64,000 bases of DNA from Chitinophagales bacterium (GCA_965213575.1 CBDBZN010000037.1:67835-131834); one strand, 5' to 3'; positions 1 to 9,059 are shown, counted from the stretch's first letter. Translations and numbers: made by a program. Notes: generated by a model not told the origin, from the sequence alone.

Positions 1-161
1 AGCTAATGGCTATTGACTAATAACTTACCTCCATAATTCAGCACTCAAAATTTAACATTAAAAATAGTACTTCGTAAATCATAAATTCCATGAAGCTTGT
101 AGCGAACAGCTAATAGTAAGCAGGTAACAGTTAACATCAATCCTAAAGTCGTAAATAGTAC

Positions 162-177
162 ATAGGGTTTACCCTAT
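162..177. repeat. Short REP-like palindrome ATAGGGT-TT-ACCCTAT, related to the TAGGGTTTAAACCCTA core of the REPs at 39.8-40.4 kb. A half-copy TTAGGGTTTTTCCCA follows at 186..200.
   Basis: Read directly: atagggt (162..168) is the reverse complement of accctat (171..177). It shares TAGGGTTT...CCCTA with the RAYT-flanking palindromes. Confidence 0.4.
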
Positions 178-223
178 TGCAATATTTAGGGTTTTTCCCA
201 TTGACATGCGTGTTTAGTTTGAC

Positions 224-231
224 TACTTTTG
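224..231 (+). promoter_or_regulatory. Bacteroidota -7 promoter box TActTTTG upstream of the fibre gene
   Basis: Exact match to the TAnnTTTG consensus, 36 nt upstream of the ATG at 268. It overlaps the TTG (229) that starts the ORF-track frame, which argues against that start. Confidence 0.5.
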
Positions 232-267
232 AGCATTACTTTTTTGATATCACATAATAAACACACT

Positions 268-3200
268 ATGTACAACATTTTACAAATTGCATTTATAGCG
301 AGTTTCACTTTTATTGGTTCAGCCGTTTTTGCTCAAGGTAACACTTGGAAGTTATCAGGCAATAATAATGTAAACGCTAACAGTTTTATTGGAAGTGAAA
401 ATAACGCCCCGCTAATATTTAAAACTAATAATAATGAAGTGATGAGATTGACTGAAAATGGAGAGGTCAATTTTATGCCGGGTACTAATATCAACTTATC
501 AGGAAATGCTAATATTGATAGTATTTACACTAGTTACATTAATGCCACTTCACTATTTGCTGCATATATAGATATACAACAAGCGGATATATATGACCTA
601 TCTGCTGTTATCTTAACTTCTAGAAGACATACAGCCGATTCTTTATTAGCCGGATATTTCTCAGCAAATACACTAACAACACCTACCGCTACTATTGAAA
701 CACTAATTGCATTGAGCATTGTAAGTGAGTCAGTCATTACTGATACTTTAATAGTAGAGGAGGGTGAAATTGATCATTTGAATGCTTCGCAAATTATAAC
801 TGATGAGTTGGTAGGAAATAATTTACAGATTACTACCTTAAACAGTAATACTGCATCAATTAGTAAATTAAATGCAGATAGTATAGATGCAGTTTTCATA
901 CAAAGTAATGATCTGATTAGTGAAAAAGCGAATATTAATAGGTTAAATAGTGACAGCATCTATACAATGGCAATCAATAATACTGGAACAATTAGCACTC
1001 AGACAATAATTGCTAATTATACTGGATCAAATATTGTTCAAGCAGACACTTTAGAAAGTGTTTATGGAAATATTGATGATTTACATAATCAAAACATTAC
1101 TACCGAAACATTGATAGCAAATTCTTCAATGATACAAACGCTTACCACAGACTCACTTACTGCTATACATATTAATACCACTCAATTTGATGGCGAAACC
1201 GCTCAAATCAATTCTATTAATACCAATCAACTAGATGCTGAAAGAATAAATGCAATTGATATAGCAGTAGATAGTGTAATCAGTGCTAATCTGAATACAC
1301 AACAATTGAATGCTGAAAACGGTGAGGTTCAACACTTAGAGGTAGATAGTTTAGTTACTAATACTATAACAAATACTGGTGATATTAATACTACAACTGT
1401 AAATGCGAATAATTTGATTGCTCAATCATCAATTTCAAATAGTCTTTTATCTGATAGTGCTCATATTGAGTTCTTAGATGTGGAGAATTTTAACAGCACT
1501 TCCCTATTTGGTCAAAATGCTAACTTTCAATATATACATACAGATAGCTCAATTGCTACTACCGTAATTACAGGAGTACTTAAGGCAGATACGATTAGTG
1601 CAAACACATTAAGTGCTGCAAATGGAGATATAAATAATTTGAATGCAGATAGCATTCATACGCTATATACATCTAGTGATTATATCAATAGTGCTTCGTT
1701 GCGTGATATTAATAATGCACTAATACAAACTTCTGCCGATGGAAATTTACAGCGATTTGAGTTTTCAGGTGATAGCACACAAGTTTTACGGGGAGACGGT
1801 ACTTTTGGAGCAGATAATAATCATTGGTTTACTTCGGGTGATGTTCTATTTAATAATAATACCGGTAATGTAGGCATTGGTACTTCCAATCCTATTGAAA
1901 AGCTACATGTAGCCGGTAATATTAAGTTTGATGGCCAGTTAAAGAACAGTATTTTTCAAACTAACCCCACAGATAGTACGGTAGAGATTAATGGAGATGT
2001 GAATATTACTAACAACCTAACAACTAATACTTTCACTACCGATAAAATACAAGTCAATGAACAGTTTAAGATTGGCAACTCTATTGTATTAGATGCTACT
2101 ACTTCTTCTACGGGAGCTGCCAATAGACTATTTACCAGTAATACTGCTCCTACCGAATTATTTATTCAATCAGAGTCAGGGCTCAGTCACCATACTATTA
2201 TTAATGCCCATAACGATGGCAACGTAGGAATCGGCTTAACCAATCCTTCTGAAAAATTACATCTAGCAGGTAACTTTAGAAATACAGGTACTCTTAGAAC
2301 GGGTAGTCTAATCTTTAACGCAACCGGAAGTGAAAATACTATTATCAAAACCGGAACAGAACATATGTATATTTTAAATGGCGATAATGAGAATAATGAA
2401 TTAAAAATAGGGCTAGGGACAGACCATCCTGAAAAAGCATTACATATTAGGACCTACCACCGAGTCAATAATGCGGTAACTCATTATTCTCATGAAGGTA
2501 TCAGAATGGAAAGCCACTACGTACCGGATCTTATGACTATAGGTGAAAGAACCAGTACAACTTGGGATATAGAACCCGAAGTGGCTCAAATGCCTTTTTT
2601 GTCTTTTGGATTACCGGATGAACCTAAAATGGTGATTAGAGAAAATGGAAGTGTAGGCATTGGAAACACAATTACCGGAGAAGGGTTTAGCTTAGATGAT
2701 CAAATGATTGTATTAAATGACAAAAAGGTGGGTTTAAGACTAGTGGATGAAGATCAAACTGCTACGGATCACTACGGCTTATTGGTTGATATTAATGAGA
2801 ATGAAAATACTAAAGCCATAGTAGTAAGAGAAGATGATGGCCATCAAGGAGAACGCTTTACCGTATATGGTAATGGGGCTGTTGAAACAAGGGAGGGGAT
2901 TTTAGCGTATGAAAATATTATTACCAAAGAGTCTATATATGCAGACGGACTTAGAGTGCCTGCTGATACAGATGAAGATGTTAAGTTTATTATTAAGGAA
3001 GATGGTACTGTTGGGATTGGAACTAATACTCCTCAATCATTACTTTCAGTAAACGGAGAAATCACTTGCAAAGGTATCGAGGTAACAGCCAACGGTTGGC
3101 CTGATTATGTATTCTATAAAGACTATAATCTTCTACCGCTTGACAGCGTTAAAAATTATATTAACCAGAATGGTCACTTACCGGATGTTCCTTCGGAAAA

Positions 3201-3339
3201 AACTATTGAAAAGAACGGTATCAACTTGGGTGAAATGGATGCTATTTTGTTACGAAAAATAGAAGAACTGACGCTTTATATGATAGAATTAAAAAAAGAA
3301 AATGCTGAGTTGAAAAGAGCAGTATATAATATTAGATAA
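268..3339 (+). CDS. Large secreted fibre/adhesin-like protein with phage-tail-fibre-like architecture
   Basis: Frame open 229..3339. The ATG at 268 gives a clean signal peptide, MYNILQIAFIASFTFIGSAVFAQG. About 400 aa of degenerate N/T/S/I/D-rich repeats follow. Then come repeated G-N/T-VGIG-x-x-x-P-x-x-KLH-x-x-GN motifs (NVGIGTSNPIEKLHVAGN, NVGIGLTNPSEKLHLAGN, TVGIGTNTPQSLLSVNGE). The C-terminal module is WPDYVF...GHLPDVPS...LGEM...IEELTLYMIE. Confidence 0.8.
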   Translation: MYNILQIAFIASFTFIGSAVFAQGNTWKLSGNNNVNANSFIGSENNAPLIFKTNNNEVMRLTENGEVNFMPGTNINLSGNANIDSIYTSYINATSLFAAYIDIQQADIYDLSAVILTSRRHTADSLLAGYFSANTLTTPTATIETLIALSIVSESVITDTLIVEEGEIDHLNASQIITDELVGNNLQITTLNSNTASISKLNADSIDAVFIQSNDLISEKANINRLNSDSIYTMAINNTGTISTQTIIANYTGSNIVQADTLESVYGNIDDLHNQNITTETLIANSSMIQTLTTDSLTAIHINTTQFDGETAQINSINTNQLDAERINAIDIAVDSVISANLNTQQLNAENGEVQHLEVDSLVTNTITNTGDINTTTVNANNLIAQSSISNSLLSDSAHIEFLDVENFNSTSLFGQNANFQYIHTDSSIATTVITGVLKADTISANTLSAANGDINNLNADSIHTLYTSSDYINSASLRDINNALIQTSADGNLQRFEFSGDSTQVLRGDGTFGADNNHWFTSGDVLFNNNTGNVGIGTSNPIEKLHVAGNIKFDGQLKNSIFQTNPTDSTVEINGDVNITNNLTTNTFTTDKIQVNEQFKIGNSIVLDATTSSTGAANRLFTSNTAPTELFIQSESGLSHHTIINAHNDGNVGIGLTNPSEKLHLAGNFRNTGTLRTGSLIFNATGSENTIIKTGTEHMYILNGDNENNELKIGLGTDHPEKALHIRTYHRVNNAVTHYSHEGIRMESHYVPDLMTIGERTSTTWDIEPEVAQMPFLSFGLPDEPKMVIRENGSVGIGNTITGEGFSLDDQMIVLNDKKVGLRLVDEDQTATDHYGLLVDINENENTKAIVVREDDGHQGERFTVYGNGAVETREGILAYENIITKESIYADGLRVPADTDEDVKFIIKEDGTVGIGTNTPQSLLSVNGEITCKGIEVTANGWPDYVFYKDYNLLPLDSVKNYINQNGHLPDVPSEKTIEKNGINLGEMDAILLRKIEELTLYMIELKKENAELKRAVYNIR

Positions 3340-3989
3340 TGATCTATAGAATAGTATTATTGATATTTATTTTGTCCACACCCACAGTTGCTAGTATAAA
3401 AAGTGGGTATTTGGGGCTACATGTTACAAATCCTTTCGTTGGATATTATCCACCTGGTAATACAATTATTATTGGTGTGGAAGGAGGAGGAGTTTTTAAT
3501 ATCAAATCTTTCCATTTTAAAACCCAACTGCGATATACTTATTTTTATCATGATATTTATAATAAACATTTATACACACACGAGTTAGGTCAAGGAAAGC
3601 CTTTTGGTAGTCATGTTCTAACTAACCAATATCATATCATAGATTGGGAAGGAGCAATAGTTTTAAAGAGATGGTATGTTGGGAAATCAAGATTCGATTG
3701 GGATGGAATTATAAGTGTTTCTAAAAACTTATTAAATAATCAGACTATCAAAAGATATGTATACCCTGATAGCACTCCTATAATAGAAAATAAACTCATT
3801 CTTAATTCTTCAATTGTATTTGGAATAGGTACTAGTTTGCAATTCAATTTAAACACTAATACCTTTTTTTTACCTTATTTTAAAACAGAAATTTTACTGT
3901 TTCCTGTTGAAACGGGTGGCTATATTGGAGGTAATTGGCCATATGGTAGAATAATAATTAGTTTAGGAATATTGTTGAATAAAAACTAA
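3339..3989 (+). CDS. Small signal-peptide protein, predicted outer-membrane beta-barrel (module 1 partner)
   Basis: 216 aa with a hydrophobic N-terminus and alternating aromatic/glycine-rich strand-like segments. The start overlaps the upstream stop (TAATG), and the stop lies 3 nt before the next ATG. Confidence 0.6.
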   Translation: MIYRIVLLIFILSTPTVASIKSGYLGLHVTNPFVGYYPPGNTIIIGVEGGGVFNIKSFHFKTQLRYTYFYHDIYNKHLYTHELGQGKPFGSHVLTNQYHIIDWEGAIVLKRWYVGKSRFDWDGIISVSKNLLNNQTIKRYVYPDSTPIIENKLILNSSIVFGIGTSLQFNLNTNTFFLPYFKTEILLFPVETGGYIGGNWPYGRIIISLGILLNKN

Positions 3990-3992
3990 AAT

Positions 3993-5600
3993 ATGCACAA
4001 GTTAGCTGCTTTCATAGTACTTATTATATACGTAACAATAGGGTTTTCTCAAGAAAATCTAGTCCCTAATTTTAGTTTTGAAAGGGAAAATGGGTGTCCG
4101 ATTGGTGCTAGTATATCAGGACAATATGTAAATGAGGTTAAAGAGAATTGTTTAGATTGGGATAGTCCAATTCCGAGTGCTGACTATTTTAATAAATGTA
4201 ATAATTTTCCGTCCGGAAACGGAGAAGTAGGAGTTGCTGGAATATTGGGATTTCAAAATAATTTTTTTGGAAGACAAAGAGCATATAATGGTAATACCTC
4301 TCGAAAAGCTTATGCTGGCATTTATGGGGTTCATTTTGGTCCCCTTGGATATGAATATCTTCAAGTAAAATTAAAAGAACCACTAATTCAAAATTTTAGA
4401 TATCGAATTGCTTTTCGTATCAGCTTAGCTGACAAATCTCAATTTTCATTGGCTGGATTAGGGGCTTTGTTAACAGAGTCACCACCATCACCTATTTTAA
4501 ATTCTTTGCAAGGCAATCCGCAGGTAGTTTACAATGATTTTGTAGATCATACTAAGAAATGGACAATTATAGAGGGAACGTTTATAGCGGGAGGAGGAGA
4601 AGAATGGTTAACGATCGGTACTTTTAGAAGTGGTGCTAATGTATCTTATCAGCATAAGGAAATTGATTTGGAAAACATAATCCCTGGTGCTTATTATTAT
4701 ATTGATGATGTTAAGGTTCATCTTTATCCAAATCCTTGCCAATGCTCAAATTTCTATTTACAACGAAAAACTTTTAAGGATGGAGAGAGTCATGTAATTC
4801 ATGCTGAATCGTCTTTAATTGTTGGTAGCAATGTAGGGAAACAATATACTTCTAGTGGGAATGTTATTGTAACGATGGGAAGCAATTTGACTTTAAAATC
4901 TGGAGAAGATATATATTTGGATGAAGGATTTAAGGTGGAAGAAGGGGCGAGATTTAAAGCTGAGATTTCCCACTGCCAACCTAAATCAGGACCAATAACT
5001 TTAGGATTTGTTCCTAATGCATTTACTCCAAATGGAGATGGTCAACATGATTTGTTTAGAGTGAGAGTAGAGAATGCTAACTTTGGGGGTGCAGAAGTCT
5101 ACAATAGTTCTAGGGAGTTAGTGTATAAAAATTCTTTTATTCCTGTTGAGGGAGATTCAATATTTATTGCATGGGATGGAAAACAAAATGGGAATGTATT
5201 AAGTCCAGGCGTTTATGACATACTCGTTTCAGCATATAACTGCACACATACTATAGAGAATCAATTATATAATGTTACTATGATTATTAATACTAGCAAT
5301 AAACAAGAATCCAAACTATTACAACATATGTCGATTGACCAACCTTTGTTTCTAGTTTATCCTTCTCCAACCGATGGAGTTATTGCTATAGTACTTAAAA
5401 GCAACATGTCAGCGAATAATACTCGTATTGAAATTTTAGATTTACAAGGTAGAGTAATAGATAACTTTATATCTGAATTTGAAGAAAATCAACAATCGGT
5501 TAACTATACTTTTAAAGATGCTCCGAGTGGTATATACTTTATTCATCTCACAACTTCCGAGGGTAAGCATTACGTAGAAAAAGTATTTTTAGAAAGGTAG
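3993..5600 (+). CDS. T9SS-secreted protein (module 1 cargo) with an NLVPNFSFE..CP N-domain, an internal gliding-motility (type B-like) CTD and a terminal type A CTD
   Basis: Signal peptide, then NLVPNFSFERENGCP...YYYIDDVKV (jelly-roll/CBM-like signature). A segment resembles the Bacteroidota 3-coathanger stack (GSNLTLKSGEDIYLDEGFKVEEGARFKAEISHC). PNAFTPNGDGQHD...WDGKQNG...GVYDILV is the type B-like CTD. VYPSPTDG...ILDLQGRVI...GIYFIHLTT...KVFLER is the type A CTD. Confidence 0.85.
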   Translation: MHKLAAFIVLIIYVTIGFSQENLVPNFSFERENGCPIGASISGQYVNEVKENCLDWDSPIPSADYFNKCNNFPSGNGEVGVAGILGFQNNFFGRQRAYNGNTSRKAYAGIYGVHFGPLGYEYLQVKLKEPLIQNFRYRIAFRISLADKSQFSLAGLGALLTESPPSPILNSLQGNPQVVYNDFVDHTKKWTIIEGTFIAGGGEEWLTIGTFRSGANVSYQHKEIDLENIIPGAYYYIDDVKVHLYPNPCQCSNFYLQRKTFKDGESHVIHAESSLIVGSNVGKQYTSSGNVIVTMGSNLTLKSGEDIYLDEGFKVEEGARFKAEISHCQPKSGPITLGFVPNAFTPNGDGQHDLFRVRVENANFGGAEVYNSSRELVYKNSFIPVEGDSIFIAWDGKQNGNVLSPGVYDILVSAYNCTHTIENQLYNVTMIINTSNKQESKLLQHMSIDQPLFLVYPSPTDGVIAIVLKSNMSANNTRIEILDLQGRVIDNFISEFEENQQSVNYTFKDAPSGIYFIHLTTSEGKHYVEKVFLER

Positions 5601-5659
5601 CTATGGAAATAGTTATTGAACTTGATCCAGATAAGGGTATTATTAATGATTTTGTAAAA

Positions 5660-5688
5660 CCCTGACAAAGTTTAAAACTTTGTCAGGG
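5660..5688 (+). terminator. Perfect 29-nt palindrome/hairpin (14-bp arms) downstream of the module 1 cargo gene
   Basis: ccctgacaaagttt-a-aaactttgtcaggg, read directly. It lies 60 nt after the stop at 5600. No clean T-tract follows, so the terminator role is tentative. A degraded copy sits at about 8243..8273. Confidence 0.4.
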
Positions 5689-5692
5689 TTAA

Positions 5693-5866
5693 ATGGCGAA
5701 TAAACACTTACCGGGTATCTCATCAGCTAAGGAAATTGAAACTAATAATAACAGTTATGACCTCGGTGAAATGGTAGAGAAACTATTAATTAAAATAGAG
5801 GAATTAACTTTATACACAATTGAGCAAGAGGAGAAGATTAGGGCGTTGGAGGGGTTGGTGAAATAG
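5693..5866 (+). CDS. 57-aa orphan ORF: stand-alone copy of the fibre C-terminal module (coiled-coil-like). May be a gene remnant or a small protein.
   Basis: Absent from the ORF track because it is under 60 aa. Hand translation: [57 protein letters not shown]. It aligns to [39 protein letters not shown] at the end of the 268..3339 protein and to 8278..8445. Confidence 0.45.
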   Translation: MANKHLPGISSAKEIETNNNSYDLGEMVEKLLIKIEELTLYTIEQEEKIRALEGLVK

Positions 5867-5874
5867 CAAGCCAT

Positions 5875-6576
5875 ATGAAAACAAATATTGTAAAAGTTTA
5901 TTTATTACTTGCAATGTGCTTTAGTACTGTTAATGCTTTTTGTCAAAATAATCTTTCAGCAGAATTATATAGTGGATTAGGTTTTTCCTATAAGTTTTTA
6001 AATATAGAAGAATCAGGAGGAAATTCTTTTTATAATGATACAAAATCACCTTTACTGTCTTATGCTTTGGGAGGAAGAGCAAATATTTACTTTTCAAATA
6101 ATTTTTCTTTTTTAATAGATATAGGTATAAAAAAATATGGTGATAAAAGTATTTCTATGTATTCTGGTGACAAAAATTCTCTTCAGGCTGGGCAGATATA
6201 CAGAAGTATTAATAAGTCTTATAGGAATACAATTGTATGTATGTTAGGTATAGAAAGAAATTTTCTTGAAAAACATACTCTCTCTTTATCAGGGGGCGTA
6301 GGTCATTTTTTTTCTAGTAAACTATATACAACAATAGCATATAAGGAAAAGGCATCAGAAACATTTACTACTAATTTAGAAATACTTAGTCATAAATATT
6401 ATACTTTCTTCCCTTTATTTGAGGTAAGATATGGTTATAAGGTATTTGATGGTTCTAAATTTAAAATTTACACTTTATTATCACATGAACATACATTTAA
6501 TACATTTAAAAAAAATATTGATAGTCTCAAAATTTATTATTCTATTACAAGCATAAGGATAGCTATTCGAAAATAA
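5875..6576 (+). CDS. Small signal-peptide protein, predicted outer-membrane beta-barrel (module 2 partner)
   Basis: 233 aa. Signal peptide MKTNIVKVYLLLAMCFSTVNAFCQ, then an alternating G/Y/F/S strand-like pattern. The stop is 12 nt before the next ATG. Confidence 0.6.
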   Translation: MKTNIVKVYLLLAMCFSTVNAFCQNNLSAELYSGLGFSYKFLNIEESGGNSFYNDTKSPLLSYALGGRANIYFSNNFSFLIDIGIKKYGDKSISMYSGDKNSLQAGQIYRSINKSYRNTIVCMLGIERNFLEKHTLSLSGGVGHFFSSKLYTTIAYKEKASETFTTNLEILSHKYYTFFPLFEVRYGYKVFDGSKFKIYTLLSHEHTFNTFKKNIDSLKIYYSITSIRIAIRK

Positions 6577-6588
6577 AAACAAGCCTTT

Positions 6589-8190
6589 ATGAAATTTATA
6601 ATCATTATCTCTACTAACTTATTTTTCTTACAAATGAGTTTTTGTCAAATAAACTTGATAATAAATCCCGGCTTTGAAGATATAAAAAGCTGTCCAAATG
6701 AACCTCAGGCCATTGATCCAGATTTATTTCCTTCTTGGATAGATAACTGGTTTCAATACAAGGGAAGTTCTGATTTATACAGATATGATCCATCAGGTAA
6801 TTGTATCAATACTCCTTTTATGGCGAATTTCAATAACCCATATCAAGGAAAAGGCTATGCCGGTATAAAAATAGGAGGACATGATTTTTTCGCTGAAATT
6901 GGAGAAATGCTAACAGGTAGTTTATCTTCTCCATTAATTGCTAATCAAGAATATTATTTCGAGTTTTATGCACATTCACAGAAAGGAACTGGAGTTCTTC
7001 CTAATCAATATGCAAATAATGCAGAAATTAATTTATTTTCTGCCTATTTCACTATAGAACGACCAGTAGATGTACCTGACAATTATAATTCTGTTTTTTC
7101 AAATGTAGATAACGGACCAGTTGCTAGTAATCAAGGTTGGGTAAAGGTTTATGGTTCCTTTATTGCAAAGGGTGGTGAGTTATTTTTCACAGTGGGGAAA
7201 TCTTTATTGACTTCATACTTTGGTGACTTAGTTGAATATTCTCAAGGATATTATTACTTAGATGCATTTAAGCTTTATCCAACTGGAAATATAAGACCTA
7301 ATTTGTGTTGTCCGGATACAGTTTGTATAGAAGATGTAGGTACTGGTAACAATGATTTTTTACAAAAAAAGGTTGAAAGTACTTCGCTTATAAAAGCTGG
7401 TTTTGATGTTGGAATTCCAAATAAAGAAGGTGATGTAATTGTAAAGAATGGACAAAAGGTTGAATTTAGAGCTGGAGAGGAAATACTTCTAGTTAACGGG
7501 TTTTCTACAGAACTAGGTTCTGAATTTGTTGCCACAATAGAAAGTTGTAACCCTTTTATGGATTTCCCACAACCCGAAATATTATTTGTTCCAAATGGAG
7601 TGGGAGAATGTTCTAAGTTTTGTATTCAAGGTGAAGATATTTTTAGCTATAAATTAGATATGGCAACAATACAGCCGACTCAACCACAATATCAATATTA
7701 CACAGAAGGAATAGTCCGGGACTATTCATCTGCACGCATTTGTATAGATGTACCTACATACTCCCTTCGGTTTGTATGGGCATACTATTTAAAGGTCTTT
7801 AATTGTGAAGGTGATTCAATTTCAAAATTGGGAAACTTGACTGTAGAAGGCTGTACTCAAAAAACTGATTATAATGAAGAGAAGTCAGAAAGCCTAAGAG
7901 AAGACACCCTTAATAACGACCCCTCTTTAACAAACCTGTTTTTTAAAGTTTATCCTTCTCCAACCGATGGTGCTATAAATATTAAATATAGTTTTAAAGA
8001 AAATAAGGAAGGTGCAATTATTGAAATATTAGATTTTCAAGGTAAAATAATAGATAAATTCATTCCTTTATTTGGAGAAAACCAACAATTGGTAAACTAT
8101 ACGTTTAAAGATGCTCCAAGTGGTATATACTTTGTCCACCTTACTACTAATAGTGATCATTTCGTAGAGAAAGTATTCTTGGAAAGATAG
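6589..8190 (+). CDS. T9SS-secreted protein (module 2 cargo), paralog of 3993..5600
   Basis: Same layout as the module 1 cargo: NLIINPGFEDIKSCP...YYYLDAFKL, the coathanger-like GQKVEFRAGEEILLVNGFSTELGSEFVATIESC, a degenerate type B-like region, and the type A CTD VYPSPTDGAINI...ILDFQGKII...GIYFVHLTT...KVFLER. The last roughly 260 nt and 26 nt past the stop are clearly homologous at DNA level to 5340..5626. Confidence 0.85.
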   Translation: MKFIIIISTNLFFLQMSFCQINLIINPGFEDIKSCPNEPQAIDPDLFPSWIDNWFQYKGSSDLYRYDPSGNCINTPFMANFNNPYQGKGYAGIKIGGHDFFAEIGEMLTGSLSSPLIANQEYYFEFYAHSQKGTGVLPNQYANNAEINLFSAYFTIERPVDVPDNYNSVFSNVDNGPVASNQGWVKVYGSFIAKGGELFFTVGKSLLTSYFGDLVEYSQGYYYLDAFKLYPTGNIRPNLCCPDTVCIEDVGTGNNDFLQKKVESTSLIKAGFDVGIPNKEGDVIVKNGQKVEFRAGEEILLVNGFSTELGSEFVATIESCNPFMDFPQPEILFVPNGVGECSKFCIQGEDIFSYKLDMATIQPTQPQYQYYTEGIVRDYSSARICIDVPTYSLRFVWAYYLKVFNCEGDSISKLGNLTVEGCTQKTDYNEEKSESLREDTLNNDPSLTNLFFKVYPSPTDGAINIKYSFKENKEGAIIEILDFQGKIIDKFIPLFGENQQLVNYTFKDAPSGIYFVHLTTNSDHFVEKVFLER

Positions 8191-8205
8191 CTATGGAAAT
8201 AGTTA

Positions 8206-8445
8206 TTGAACTTGATGAAGGCAGCACTAATAATTTCGAAAAACTCTGCCAAAGTTTTAAATTTTGTCAGGGTTAAAGTGGCGAATAAACACTTACCGGG
8301 TATCTCATCAGCTAAGGAAATTGCAACTAACAATAGTTATGACCTCGGCGAAATGGTAGAGAAACTGTTGATTAAAGTAGAAGAATTAACTTTATACACA
8401 ATTGAACAAGAGGAGAAGATTAGGGAGTTGGAAGGATTTAGTTAA
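8206..8445 (+). CDS. Second orphan copy of the fibre C-terminal module (conserved part starts at GTG 8278)
   Basis: ...[55 protein letters not shown]. The upstream part (VLNFVRVKVANK) still resembles LDSVKNYINQNG of the full-length fibre protein, which points to origin from a truncated gene. Confidence 0.45.
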   Translation: MNLMKAALIISKNSAKVLNFVRVKVANKHLPGISSAKEIATNNSYDLGEMVEKLLIKVEELTLYTIEQEEKIRELEGFS

Positions 8446-8470
8446 GCGATAAAGATTAATATAAACTTGC

Positions 8471-9052
8471 ATGAGAAATGCTATGATGAAATTATTTTTT
8501 AAAATATTATTTATTTCATTTTGTTTTTGCGGCTTTGCTCAAAATGATTCCGTAACTAATAAATGGTCAGTGGGAGTAAATTATACAAACATTTTCCCAA
8601 TTTTTAACACCCCTGATTATGGAATTGCACATCAGATTAACTTATTAATTAGATATAAGCGATTATATATATTACCTGGATTAGATGTCCAAGGATTCGG
8701 TATACTAGGGAAAAAAATTGAAATCTGCTATGAAGTATTTAGGCAAAAAAAAGAAAAATTTTCTATTCAAACATATCATGGATTTCGTGGTTTTAATTAT
8801 AAAATTGGAGCCGGGCCTCCACTAGGTGTCCTGCCCACACGTAGAGATAATTTTGGGCCATATTATTATTTTAATAAGATTAGAATACTTGAGTTAGGAG
8901 GAGTATTTCAACTTAGGGTTAGCGACTTACTTTATTTTAACTCTTCATTTGCGCTAGCACGAATTCATCAATTGAGTGATCCATTTGATAAAGAATATAA
9001 ATTTTGGAGTTTTTATACAAAAGCAGGGTTTAGTTTTATTATCCTTAAATAA
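8471..9052 (+). CDS. Small signal-peptide protein, predicted outer-membrane beta-barrel (module 3a partner)
   Basis: 193 aa. Contains KLFFKILFISFCFCGFAQ. Paralog of 9185..9778 (WSVGVNYTNIFPIFNTPDYGIAHQINLL vs WSLGVNYTNIISIFKSPHYGYVHQFNTLL, and YKIGAGPPLGVLPT vs YRIGAGPPIGILPT). Confidence 0.6.
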   Translation: MRNAMMKLFFKILFISFCFCGFAQNDSVTNKWSVGVNYTNIFPIFNTPDYGIAHQINLLIRYKRLYILPGLDVQGFGILGKKIEICYEVFRQKKEKFSIQTYHGFRGFNYKIGAGPPLGVLPTRRDNFGPYYYFNKIRILELGGVFQLRVSDLLYFNSSFALARIHQLSDPFDKEYKFWSFYTKAGFSFIILK

Positions 9053-9059
9053 GAAGATT

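Noticed and set aside
229-267. Upstream-extended starts in the ORF track (TTG at 229, 55064, 43015, 10724 and 11284; ATG at 45336 and 12065).
   Set aside because: Downstream ATGs give proper signal peptides or conserved N-termini. For 229, 12065, 45336 and 55064, exact TAnnTTTG promoter boxes fall inside the extensions.
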